A stretch of DNA of 33,430 nt from Acidimicrobiales bacterium (GTDB taxonomy: Bacteria > Actinomycetota > Acidimicrobiia > Acidimicrobiales > RAAP-2). Positions within the stretch are counted from its first letter, which is position 1, and the number at the start of each line of letters is the position of its first letter. Location: NCBI GenBank assembly GCA_050743905.1, contig JBOGGH010000001.1, positions 1 through 33,430 on the forward strand, given 5' to 3'. Positions 9,052 through 17,263 of the stretch are shown here, in pieces. Position numbers and translations under genes: made by a program. The notes beneath the pieces are model-generated. The model ran no database searches and was not told where the DNA came from. It saw nothing but the letters and a program-made list of their open reading frames with translations.

Positions 9052-9362
9052 ATTTTCGGGAGCAGCACACGCCGCCACCTGGAGCCAGGTCATCCCGCAA
9101 GTGAATATGTCACTCACGAATACGACAGGGTGCCAGTCATCCAGGTTGCGGTACCACCGGCCTTCGTATGCTCCCATATACTCCCGGTGGCACAGGTCGT
9201 GTGTGCTGGCACTCACACCAGGTTCTTGGCCATCATCCGGGGCACGCGCGTCCGGGCCGGGGATCCTGGCCGCCTCCGGCGGCGGGGCTGGCCGGGCGGT
9301 GGGGCAGTGAGGGAGGGGGCCATCGGTGTCACGGCTGCCGGGGAGGTGGCAAACTAGGGAGC

Positions 9363-9572
9363 ATGAGCATCGGCGAGGAGCTGCTGGAAGAGCGCCGACG
9401 GCGCCGTCGGGCCGGCGATCCGCGGGTCACCGAAGCTGACCGCGAGATTTTCCGCCGGCTGACCACTGGGGACCTCGTGGATGAGTTCCAGGCAGCACTC
9501 GACGCGGTCAGTGCCGCGGACCCGTTGCTCGGTGGAGGCGATACTGACGCTGGTACCGACACCGACGACTGA
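9363..9572 (+). CDS. small acidic protein, antitoxin-like by position
   Basis: ATG 9363 follows an AGGGAG RBS. 69 aa; the stop lies 10 nt before the next start. No motif recognised. Confidence 0.4.
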   Translation: MSIGEELLEERRRRRRAGDPRVTEADREIFRRLTTGDLVDEFQAALDAVSAADPLLGGGDTDAGTDTDD

Positions 9573-9582
9573 CTGATCCACG

Positions 9583-9999
9583 GTGATCGTTATCGACGAG
9601 TACCTGGCGGTCCGCGTGACCGGCGGCAGGTGGCCGGCAGGACTCCCTGACGATGAGCTGGTGTTGCCGACCAGTCGCCATTGGCGGTTGCTCCAAGCGC
9701 TCCACGGCTCTCGGCGGGGGCGGTTGTCGGACATCCTCAGCGGGCTGCATCCATCCAGTCGTGAGAGCGTCCGCTATCCCCATCCCGAAGTGTTCGGAGT
9801 TCTCGACCCTCGTCCCCTCCTGGACGAGGCGGCTGTGATCGCCGCCCGCTACGGGGGGACCGGGTGGCTGATTGCCGAGACCCTGGCGGCGGGTCTGGCC
9901 TACGGGAACCGGTTGTGTTTCGGCTTGGAGGCCAACGTCGGCCGGGTGGTCAGCAGAGCCGCCGGTGAGCTTGGTATCGCTGTAGAGGTCATCGACTGA
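9583..9999 (+). CDS. PIN-like domain protein (possible toxin)
   Basis: GTG 9583. The N-terminus VIVIDEYL and LLDEAAVIAARYG..WLIAETLAAGL resemble a PIN/VapC-like fold, but the full acidic quartet is not evident by eye. Confidence 0.4.
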   Translation: MIVIDEYLAVRVTGGRWPAGLPDDELVLPTSRHWRLLQALHGSRRGRLSDILSGLHPSSRESVRYPHPEVFGVLDPRPLLDEAAVIAARYGGTGWLIAETLAAGLAYGNRLCFGLEANVGRVVSRAAGELGIAVEVID

Positions 10000-10154
10000 A
10001 GGCTGATCCACGCGTAGCGAGCCCGCTCTCCTGCGATCCTTGAAGCGACGGGTTCGGGTCATCGGTTACGCCGCTGGCGGGCGGCTGGCGTGAAGCCAGA
10101 CGTTCTGGCGAAGGCTGGGATCGCACCCACGAGGGTTGACGGCCCGACTCGTCG

Positions 10155-10406
10155 CTAGACGGTCGGGTCCCGGTGGGTGGCAAGGCCCCGGAGCAGGTCG
10201 TCCCACGGACAGTCCAGGGCTTCTTGGAGCGCGACGACCGTTTGCAGGTCGGTGATCCCGTCACCACGCTCGATCTTCCCGATGCGCTGCTCGGTCACGC
10301 CGAGCAGCCCGCCGAGCTGCGCCCGGGATAGTCGGCGTTCAACTCGTCTCACCCTGACCCGGTGACCGAACTCGACGGCAAGCGGGTGGCGGTCGCGCGG
10401 CGGCAT
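10155..10406 (-). CDS. XRE (Cro/C1) family HTH transcriptional regulator
   Basis: LSRAQLGGLLGVTEQRIGKIERGDGITDLQTVVALQEAL is a classic HTH_3 pattern. Divergent from an operator-containing intergenic region. Confidence 0.85.
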   Translation of the reverse strand: MPPRDRHPLAVEFGHRVRVRRVERRLSRAQLGGLLGVTEQRIGKIERGDGITDLQTVVALQEALDCPWDDLLRGLATHRDPTV

Positions 10407-10451
10407 GGCGCCACAAGTTCAGCCGAGTCTGGTGGAGGTTGCTATATCCCT

Positions 10452-10514
10452 AGAGCAATGTAAACTTGCTGTAACACGAGATTCTGATACTCTAGAGCAG
10501 TACACCAGTGCTCT
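10452..10514. promoter_or_regulatory. two related inverted-repeat operators in a divergent promoter region
   Basis: AGAGCA-N9-TGCTGT (10452-10472) and AGAGCA-N9-TGCTCT (10494-10514) have centres 42 bp apart. They sit in a comparatively AT-rich stretch between the XRE gene (start 10406) and ATG 10550. Confidence 0.5.
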
Positions 10515-10549
10515 GCGGGCATGGACCGTTGCGAGGGGAGGACAGAAGG

Positions 10550-11047
10550 ATGAGGCAGCGCTACACAGATCCCGGTACCGGAGGCGGTCGGTCGCCGGAT
10601 GAGACAGCTCGATCCCGGCCGGAGGGGGGACGACGCCCTGGCCCGACTGCCAAGCGCCGGCCCGGCAGTCGTGGCCGGGGCAGCCGCCGGCCCACAGGCC
10701 AGAGGGAGGCACTGGCCGTGCTCGCGTCGTACATCGCCGCCGATGGCACGCTCCGGGTACCCGCCCTGGCCGTCAGGGACGGCAGTGGTCGAGATCTCAT
10801 CACCCTGTCGGTCGTTGACGGCCGGGCCGAACTGAATCTTCGGTTGCCGCGGGCAGAGGGCGCCGAGCCCACTGGCGTCTCCCTCTTTGCCGACGATGGC
10901 CCGGCCGGGATGCCTGACGTCGAGCCGTCGGTGGGCATCGACCTGTCCGTCGTCGGGTCACAAGCCGCCTTGTTGGAGGTAGTGCCGGATCTGCGTGGCG
11001 GCTGGACGCTCACCCGCTCGACGCCGGAGCCTCCGCCCGGTGTCTAG
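10550..11047 (+). CDS. hypothetical protein (Arg/Gly/Pro-rich N-terminus, beta-rich C-terminal domain)
   Basis: ATG 10550 is preceded by GGGGAGGACAGAAGG. The track start 10508 would lie inside the second operator. No motif recognised. Confidence 0.5.
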   Translation: MRQRYTDPGTGGGRSPDETARSRPEGGRRPGPTAKRRPGSRGRGSRRPTGQREALAVLASYIAADGTLRVPALAVRDGSGRDLITLSVVDGRAELNLRLPRAEGAEPTGVSLFADDGPAGMPDVEPSVGIDLSVVGSQAALLEVVPDLRGGWTLTRSTPEPPPGV

Positions 11048-11276
11048 GTCGAGCGGGATCCCCGGTATCCTCCCTGCCGCGTTCGGGCGCGCCCTGCGGG
11101 CGCACCGGCTGCGCCTCGGGCTCAACCAGGTCGAGTTCGGCTTCTTGACCGGCTACCACTTCAGCTACGTCGGCGCCATCGAGCGCGGGGAGCGCAACAT
11201 CACCCTGGGGACGGCCGAGGAGATTGCCTTGCGCCTCGGGCTCGACCCGGTGTGGATGTTTGCCAGCGAGTCATGA
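11040..11276 (+). CDS. XRE family HTH transcriptional regulator
   Basis: LRAHRLRLGLNQVEFGFLTGYHFSYVGAIERGERNITLGTAEEIALRLG is an HTH_3 pattern. The start is uncertain; GTG 11040 overlaps the upstream stop (11045-11047). Confidence 0.7.
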   Translation: MSRSSGIPGILPAAFGRALRAHRLRLGLNQVEFGFLTGYHFSYVGAIERGERNITLGTAEEIALRLGLDPVWMFASES

Positions 11277-11395
11277 CCAACCGGACCCGGGTCAGGGTTC
11301 CCGTCAGGTGCGGTCACCCTACGATGGACCCTGGGGCACCGGGAGGCCCAGGCGCCAAGTCTTCTGTCGGCAGCACGTCGGTCTCCTGGCATACT

Positions 11396-11417
11396 CATTG
11401 GATACCCATTGGGTACC
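11396..11417. repeat. tandem 11-bp direct repeat containing a 13-bp palindrome
   Basis: CATTGGATACC (11396-11406) and CATTGGGTACC (11407-11417). The embedded palindrome TACCCATTGGGTA spans 11403-11415. Confidence 0.9.
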
Positions 11418-11461
11418 GATCGGAGTTTGTCGGATCGGCAGGTTTGTCGCCATCAACCTTC

Positions 11462-11497
11462 GAGGTGTGCAGAAGGGTGTGCACGAGGGTGTGCACC
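11462..11497. repeat. three tandem 12-bp repeats with core GGTGTGCA
   Basis: GAGGTGTGCAGA / AGGGTGTGCACG / AGGGTGTGCACC at 11462-11473, 11474-11485 and 11486-11497. They lie in a ~460-bp gap between convergent genes. Confidence 0.9.
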
Positions 11498-11735
11498 TAC
11501 ATAACGAGATCCCCGAGCAGGGGCATTGCGTCCAGATGGAGGACGGACTTGCGTGACCGACACTCCCCCCGCCACCAAGTACGGGCGTTTTTCGCGCCTT
11601 CTTGCGTATACACAGGCCGCTGACCAGCACGTTTCTTCCGTCGCGTTATGAGCCACCGCGCTAGATAAGAAGGCCATGCCGAGACGGCGCCCCGAGGGTA
11701 AGTGAGGCGGTATAAGAACGAGTCAGCCCGATGCT

Positions 11736-12569
11736 CTATAGGCAGTCGTAGCAAACGGTGAACAGATTGGATCGCACGTAGGCGCCTCCAGTGACGAGGA
11801 GCCGGACGGTCAGCTCCGCGGACGCGCCGTCGCAACGCATGCATCGTCGGCCGTCTCGGTCGATCACCGTGTAGAGCATCCGGTACCTGTGCGCCACCGG
11901 CACATCGGAGATCGTGTTGCCGGCGTGTCTTGCTTCTTGGCGGACATCGACTCCGAGTCCGTCACCCTTGCCGGCGTTGCAGAGGCGGCAGAGGAGTTGA
12001 AGGTTCTCGACGACGTTCGTTCCCAGACCACTGACTGCCTCGCGATGGTCGACCTCGATGCTCAGCAACTCCTCTGGAGACTCGAAATAGGGCTTGAAGG
12101 GGTCAGCGCTCAAGAGTGACGTAGGTGTGGTGCCGAACTCGACGTGACAGTTTTGGCAGTAGGGACCGTCGCGATGGAGCAGGAAGGCTCGATGACCCGT
12201 GACCTCGTCACGGGTGCGTTCCCAGTTGTCCAACAACGTTGCGATCTCGCGGGCCAACGGCTCGCACTCGCGGCGGTCGCGGTCGAAGCTGGAGACGAGG
12301 TGCTCGCGGATCAACCGCCACCTGGGCGAGGGGTTACTCCGTTCGTAGTTGATGGCAGAGAGCGGGGCTAGGTGAAGGGCGAGGCGCAGTCGCGTCTCGA
12401 AGCGACGGCGCACCCGTTCATCCTCATCGGATCGGAGGACAGAGGTGGCGCGCGAGAAGGCGAATGTTTCGTATTGGATCGATCGGGGGCTATCCTGCTC
12501 GGCGGCGGCGCCAATGACGAGGTGGTCGAGCAGGACATCGAGGGATCCCAAGATGTCCTGCTCGGTCAT
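11736..12569 (-). CDS. HNH endonuclease-domain protein
   Basis: CQNCHVEF ... IEVDHREAVSGLGTNVVENLQLLCRLCNAGKGD gives the CxxC, DH, N and CxxC elements of the HNH motif. ATG 12569 overlaps the upstream stop as ATGA (12566-12569). The N-terminal extension of track ORF 11736..12929 is rejected. Confidence 0.8.
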   Translation of the reverse strand: MTEQDILGSLDVLLDHLVIGAAAEQDSPRSIQYETFAFSRATSVLRSDEDERVRRRFETRLRLALHLAPLSAINYERSNPSPRWRLIREHLVSSFDRDRRECEPLAREIATLLDNWERTRDEVTGHRAFLLHRDGPYCQNCHVEFGTTPTSLLSADPFKPYFESPEELLSIEVDHREAVSGLGTNVVENLQLLCRLCNAGKGDGLGVDVRQEARHAGNTISDVPVAHRYRMLYTVIDRDGRRCMRCDGASAELTVRLLVTGGAYVRSNLFTVCYDCL

Positions 12570-13981
12570 GACTTCTTGAAGAGTTGCTGGTTGCCGAGGA
12601 ACTTGCCTTGATTGCGCACAGCGATCTCGATCTGCCCGCGGAGGAACGCGCGGCGGTCGGAGGTGTCGAGCTGCTTCTCCTGCCACTCCGTGGTGAAGAA
12701 CTCTGGTGGCAGGTCTGCGATCGACGCCATGACGTACTGCTTCAACTCGTCGAAGTCGGCGAACGGCGACGGCTTGCCTTCGACCTTCCGGACGTTCATC
12801 ACCTGGACGAGGAAGTCGAGGATAAATTCCTGGAGCACGAGCATGGCGGCCTTGTAGAAGAACTGATTCCCCCCTTCGGCGACACCCGCGGCCCACAGCT
12901 CGGCGTAGCGCTCTTTGATGGCTGACCAAAAGGCGTAGAAGTACGTGAGTCGTTCGTCACTTCCTTGCTGCCAGGCGGGGATATCGGCATAGAGGATCCG
13001 ATACTTCCTCGGCATGTTGACGAACTTCGAAACGATCTGGTAGCCGACGTTCTCCTTGATGAATCCTGACCCTCCGAGCCCGAAGTCGATGAGATCCTTG
13101 AATGGCGAGGTGGGATCGGTGTTGATTTTGTGAGTCCAGCGCGTGGCCTCGGGGTTCACGCCAGCGTTCTCGAAGCGCTTCCAAAGCTTGTCGATCTCGG
13201 CGTTCGAGAGCGAGGTGCTGATGGTGCGACGGAGTTCGGTGGGTGAGAGTGGCTTCGCCTTGTTGTTCAGGACGTAGAAGTGGAAGACCTGCTCGCCCAT
13301 TTCGAGTCCCGGGAGGAGGATCACTGGCAGTCTCACGTCGTGTTGAGAGACGTCTTTCGCTCCGAACACCCGGTGCTGTCCATCGATGATGAGCCCGGGC
13401 TTGGAGACCGAGTCGACGTAACCGCGGATGGCGGCCTGCCGCTTCGGCGTCAAGGAGTCGAAGTCCTCCACCGCCCTCGCGAGCTCAGCGGTGAGCGTCG
13501 CGATGTACGAGTCGGGTATGCCGCCGTTCTCCGTCTCCTCCTCGTCGGCCTCAAGCGACGTGGGGTCGACGTCGGTGTCGATACTCGCTCGTTCGGCGTC
13601 TGACAGGCGGGCCGTGAAGTACGCGTAGATATCGGCGAGGCGCTCCTCGAATGAGCGGCCTTCGACTCTGAGGGACACCCGGACGACATCGGGGTCTTCG
13701 GTGTCCTCGACTGAGACCGCGTCTGCAGTGGCGGTGACGATGACGGCACCGGGCACGATGTTCTTGGGGTCGGCGGCCAGGAACTCGCTGATCTCCTGAG
13801 CTCGGTCCTTGTTGAAGACCCGCTGGTAGCCCGCCATGTAGTCGGCCTTGGCGTTGGGTACGTCAGCCCATTCGAGAAGGTCGGGGGCATCGACCGTCAG
13901 GAGGTACATGGTGGGTGAACCGGGCTGCTGCTGAAGCACGAGTCCCGTATAGGTAAACCTGTCCGTCTCCTCGTCAGTCAT
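12566..13981 (-). CDS. DGQHR-domain protein (DndB/ParB-like superfamily), paralog C
   Basis: GLIIDGQHRVFGAKDV and FYVLNNKAKPLSPTEL are DGQHR-domain blocks. It also has MAGYQRVFNKDRAQEISEFL near the N-terminus. ATG 13981 is preceded by GAAAGG. Confidence 0.85.
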   Translation of the reverse strand: MTDEETDRFTYTGLVLQQQPGSPTMYLLTVDAPDLLEWADVPNAKADYMAGYQRVFNKDRAQEISEFLAADPKNIVPGAVIVTATADAVSVEDTEDPDVVRVSLRVEGRSFEERLADIYAYFTARLSDAERASIDTDVDPTSLEADEEETENGGIPDSYIATLTAELARAVEDFDSLTPKRQAAIRGYVDSVSKPGLIIDGQHRVFGAKDVSQHDVRLPVILLPGLEMGEQVFHFYVLNNKAKPLSPTELRRTISTSLSNAEIDKLWKRFENAGVNPEATRWTHKINTDPTSPFKDLIDFGLGGSGFIKENVGYQIVSKFVNMPRKYRILYADIPAWQQGSDERLTYFYAFWSAIKERYAELWAAGVAEGGNQFFYKAAMLVLQEFILDFLVQVMNVRKVEGKPSPFADFDELKQYVMASIADLPPEFFTTEWQEKQLDTSDRRAFLRGQIEIAVRNQGKFLGNQQLFKKS

Positions 13982-14101
13982 CGTGCGGGCCTTTCTCGTT
14001 GGATAAGAGGATAAGTGCTGGTCTTGAGGCTATTTTGGCAGGAGGCCGGAGTCCGGGCCTGGTTGGCTACACGAGGAGGGCCAGGCTGCAGCCCAGGCCC
14101 G

Positions 14102-14782
14102 TCACGAGCCGCCTCCCTCGATGAGGAACACCATGTCGATGACTTTGGCCCTCGGGTACCGGAGGCCGGTGAGGTGGTCGCTGGCGAAGTCAAGGGTTCG
14201 GACCCGCTCTCGGTCGATGGCACGCGCGTTCGCGCTGTAGAAGTTGGCGACGGCCAGCAGGGTGGGTACGTTCAGCCGAACCGGCTTGCCCGTTACCGAG
14301 CGGAGGCCTCGGCAGAAGAAGGTGTCGAATGCAGGGACCGAACCGAACACGCCCAGGATGACTTTGGTGACGAGGGTGTTCGTCGGGATCTTCGCCAGTT
14401 CGTCGCCGGACGGCTTGGCAGTGATGGCTGAGCGGATGCGTTCGATCAGGTCGAGGAGTGCGTCGATCGTGTGATCGTCGTACCGGTCGACGTCGATGTC
14501 CCAGATCGCCGCCGGCTCCGCCGCGATCGTCTTGATGACGGGGATGAAGAAGCGGTAGCTCTTGGTGTGGAGCACGGTGGAGCCGCGGAGCATTCCCCAG
14601 CTGGCCAGGTAGTAGCCGAGGTGGAGGCAGGAGGCTTCGAGGTTCTCTGGTTCGGCCAGGGTGGTGAGGTCGTGGGGTCGGTAGCTCTGGAAGTAGTTGA
14701 AGCAGTAGTCGAAGGAGGCCGCTCGCTCGTCTCGGCTTCGGTCCCGGAGATACGAGGCTACGTTGGCAGCGATGTCGACCAT
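14102..14782 (-). CDS. conserved-looking hypothetical protein (226 aa), family not recognised
   Basis: ATG 14782 lies 13 nt after the upstream stop (14796). Blocks FDYCFNYFQSY and LHLGYYLASWGMLRGS are present. Embedded in the dpd-like operon. Confidence 0.6.
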   Translation of the reverse strand: MVDIAANVASYLRDRSRDERAASFDYCFNYFQSYRPHDLTTLAEPENLEASCLHLGYYLASWGMLRGSTVLHTKSYRFFIPVIKTIAAEPAAIWDIDVDRYDDHTIDALLDLIERIRSAITAKPSGDELAKIPTNTLVTKVILGVFGSVPAFDTFFCRGLRSVTGKPVRLNVPTLLAVANFYSANARAIDRERVRTLDFASDHLTGLRYPRAKVIDMVFLIEGGGS

Positions 14783-14795
14783 GGCGATCTTGCCG

Positions 14796-16019
14796 TCAAC
14801 GCCGCCGGGAGGCGGCGTTTGATGTCGTCGGCTTGGATGCCCGCGGAGCTGGCTCGGGTGGTCCCCACGTGTGGGCCTTGTACTCGACGAGTAGGAAGTT
14901 CGTCAGGAGCTGGATGTCTCGCGGGGTGTTCTGCAGATCGTTCCAGCGGCGCTGATGATCGGACCCGAAGATCCACGATCCGCTCGTCCAGTGGCACACT
15001 GCAGCCATTCCCTCCAGTTCGGAGGTGAAGACCTTGAGCGTGGGGATACCGGTGCGTCGGTGTCGATCGACGATGGCGTCCATGACGAAGCCCATGCTGA
15101 CGATGCCGACGCCATGCATCAGTCTCGATCTGCGGGGTGGTTGGTTCCACGCATCGGGAAACGTGGCCTCGACGGCCGACCAGTAGCTCTTCAAGATGTT
15201 GAGCATGGCCTCGACATCGCCTTCTCCCGTCGCTGGGTCGCGGAAGTGGTAGAGGGCGCCGTCACTGAGACTGTTCTCAATCATGCGCAGGACTGAGTTG
15301 TCCTTGATCACTCCGTCGGGGTTGGTAGGGGTGTGGATCATGCGCTTTAGCGGGGAGTCGCGGTCGTAGTTCAACCGGTCGAGCAGGGCCGCCGGAAAGC
15401 GTCGGAGTTGCAAGGCCGGGGGGAGGGTGCCGGCCGTCGTCGGCAGAAGCTCGTGGATCAGGCCTTTCGGGAGCGGCTTCGTCGAGTTGACCAGGATGAA
15501 CTGGGAGCGCTGCTCTGCGTCGGAGTCGGTGATGAAGGCCGTAACGCAGATCGGGAAGGACTTCACGCGGGCTTCCCGAATCGCAGCGGAGCGCTGCTGG
15601 CCGTCCACTACCCAGCCGGGCTTGTCCTCGTCGGCGCAGTCGGGATCGACCGGGATCACCAGAGTGCCGGGGCAGACGTCGCCGTGTCTCGTTCCTGGCT
15701 CGGACCGCTCGAAGGTCACTCGTTTGTCGAAGGCGATGACCAGCGCGTTGGGGATCATGGGCTCGTCGGATTCGAGATACCGGCGGATCGACGCGATGTG
15801 CGACAGCACCTCCGGCCGCTGGTAGCCGGCGACCTCTGCTTCGCCGTTGCGGTGAATGCGTGAGACGGTGGCGAACAGGGGAAGTTGCTTGCCGTCCACA
15901 GCGAAGCTGTAGAGAGTGCGGGTCGGCCCTTGGTGCACCTCAAGCGCGGGCAGATGCAGTTCCTTCGCTGAGCGCGAGGCCCGGCTGAGTCGTTCCTGGC
16001 GGCGGGCGGTGGGGCTCAT
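14796..16019 (-). CDS. DGQHR-family protein with a DGQQR variant (DpdB/DndB-like), paralog B
   Basis: GWVVDGQQRSAAIREA, FILVNSTKPLPKGL and AGYQRPEVLSHIASIRRYLESD. ATG 16019 overlaps the dpdA stop as ATGA (16016-16019). Clearly paralogous to 17260..18396. Confidence 0.8.
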   Translation of the reverse strand: MSPTARRQERLSRASRSAKELHLPALEVHQGPTRTLYSFAVDGKQLPLFATVSRIHRNGEAEVAGYQRPEVLSHIASIRRYLESDEPMIPNALVIAFDKRVTFERSEPGTRHGDVCPGTLVIPVDPDCADEDKPGWVVDGQQRSAAIREARVKSFPICVTAFITDSDAEQRSQFILVNSTKPLPKGLIHELLPTTAGTLPPALQLRRFPAALLDRLNYDRDSPLKRMIHTPTNPDGVIKDNSVLRMIENSLSDGALYHFRDPATGEGDVEAMLNILKSYWSAVEATFPDAWNQPPRRSRLMHGVGIVSMGFVMDAIVDRHRRTGIPTLKVFTSELEGMAAVCHWTSGSWIFGSDHQRRWNDLQNTPRDIQLLTNFLLVEYKAHTWGPPEPAPRASKPTTSNAASRRR

Positions 16020-17263
16020 GCGGCGTTCAACTCTCGCTGGAGGCGCTGACCGAAGACGTAGAGGTTGTGGAACCCTCGGCGCTTGTTGCGCTCCGATCCT
16101 CGGAACATGGCCACGTCGATGCCTACTTCGCCGCAGATGCCACAGGAGCAGGCTTTCCACGGTCGATCTTCGAGGACCTCGCGGTAGGCGTCGCTGCGGT
16201 CCTTGCGACCTTCGTCGCAGAGCTCGTCATAGGACCGGAGCGCCTTGAGGACGGTTTGGGCTTTGACCTCGCCGGCGTCGTAGCGCCGCAGGGCAACGAG
16301 GCAGTCGCGCTCCAGTCTGATGGCGGTGTCTTGGCGTATCTGCCCAGCGCGGATGCGGCCGCGCAGCTTTGGGTTGCCGTCGACCTGCGGGACGCGCAGG
16401 GCGGTGTAGGTGCGGTCGAGCACGTAGTAGTTATCGGTGTCGTCTTTGAAGGACTGACGGAACGGTGACGTCGAGTCGAAGCTGGTCACCCCCGCCTTGG
16501 CGAAGAGGTCGACGTGCTCGCATCGGGTGATGCCGAGCAGGTGCAGTTGGGTGGCGCGCTTGCGTACCTTGTTGATCTGTTTCAGGCAGGCCATGATTTC
16601 GTGCGTCTTGAGGGGGACCATGCCACCCATGGCGATCCGGCGGAAGCCGATCTTTTGGAGCTCGTCGACGGCGAAGGTGTACGACGCCGGGCTCCAGCCC
16701 TGCGCCACCCCGAGCGGCTCGAACTGCACCTTCCGGGCTCGGCAGCGATCGAGGAACTGCGCAGCCAGGTCCAAGGTGAGCTGTTGGCGTCCACGCCACT
16801 CCTGGCTCTGAGGATGGTCGCTGTCGTCATCTGCGCTCGGGTCATAGCCCAAGATGACGTGATCGACGGAGATGCCGAGGTCGAAGCCGCACTCGTGGTA
16901 GAAGTCGATGGCGTCGTCGGGGCGGTAGGGCGGCTCGTCGTCGCGGACGTAGGAGAAGGCGCCGCAGTCGCCCATGGTGGCTAGGCGGGGGCCTTCCGTT
17001 TGGTCGAGTCGGAAGAAGTCTCTGATGCCCACTCGGTAGAGGCGTTGGCGTTGGGCGATCGTGTACTTTCCGGCCGAGTTCGGGAGCCCATCGACGATGG
17101 TCTTGGAGACCAAGAACCCGTCGAACGGCGGCGCCGTCAGTGCTTCGTGGGCGTAGCGGTCGTCGCGTTGGCGGACTCGGTAGATCGATCGTTGCTCGGT
17201 CGTGAAATCGAAGCTCGGATCGATCTGGTCCTGGCTGTCGGGGAAGAAGAACTGCATCTTCAT
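16016..17263 (-). CDS. dpdA: DpdA/TgtA5-type transglycosylase (7-deazaguanine DNA-insertion enzyme family)
   Basis: The N-terminus MKMQFFFPDSQDQIDPSFDF is as I recall for DpdA. TGT-type zinc motif CSCGIC...GFH near the C-terminus. ATG 17263 overlaps the upstream stop as ATGA (17260-17263). Sits in a preQ0-biosynthesis operon. Confidence 0.85.
   Translation of the reverse strand: MKMQFFFPDSQDQIDPSFDFTTEQRSIYRVRQRDDRYAHEALTAPPFDGFLVSKTIVDGLPNSAGKYTIAQRQRLYRVGIRDFFRLDQTEGPRLATMGDCGAFSYVRDDEPPYRPDDAIDFYHECGFDLGISVDHVILGYDPSADDDSDHPQSQEWRGRQQLTLDLAAQFLDRCRARKVQFEPLGVAQGWSPASYTFAVDELQKIGFRRIAMGGMVPLKTHEIMACLKQINKVRKRATQLHLLGITRCEHVDLFAKAGVTSFDSTSPFRQSFKDDTDNYYVLDRTYTALRVPQVDGNPKLRGRIRAGQIRQDTAIRLERDCLVALRRYDAGEVKAQTVLKALRSYDELCDEGRKDRSDAYREVLEDRPWKACSCGICGEVGIDVAMFRGSERNKRRGFHNLYVFGQRLQRELNAA

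Noticed and set aside
9040-9216. Small minus-strand ORF (45-58 aa, ...YEGRWYRNLDDWHPVVFVSDIF...) downstream of the OLD gene
   Set aside because: It falls below the track threshold, has only moderate third-position G+C and no RBS seen, and overlaps the OLD 3' end. It could be a gene remnant but is unsupported.
11462-11497. Tandem 12-bp repeats as a CRISPR array
   Set aside because: The units are contiguous with no spacers, are far shorter than CRISPR repeats, and no cas genes are present.
11277-11735. A tRNA gene or attachment site at the module junction
   Set aside because: I found no T-loop-like GGTTCGA(A/T)TCC sequence or cloverleaf-compatible arms by eye, and no integrase is nearby. A tRNAscan or Infernal run would be needed to exclude it formally.
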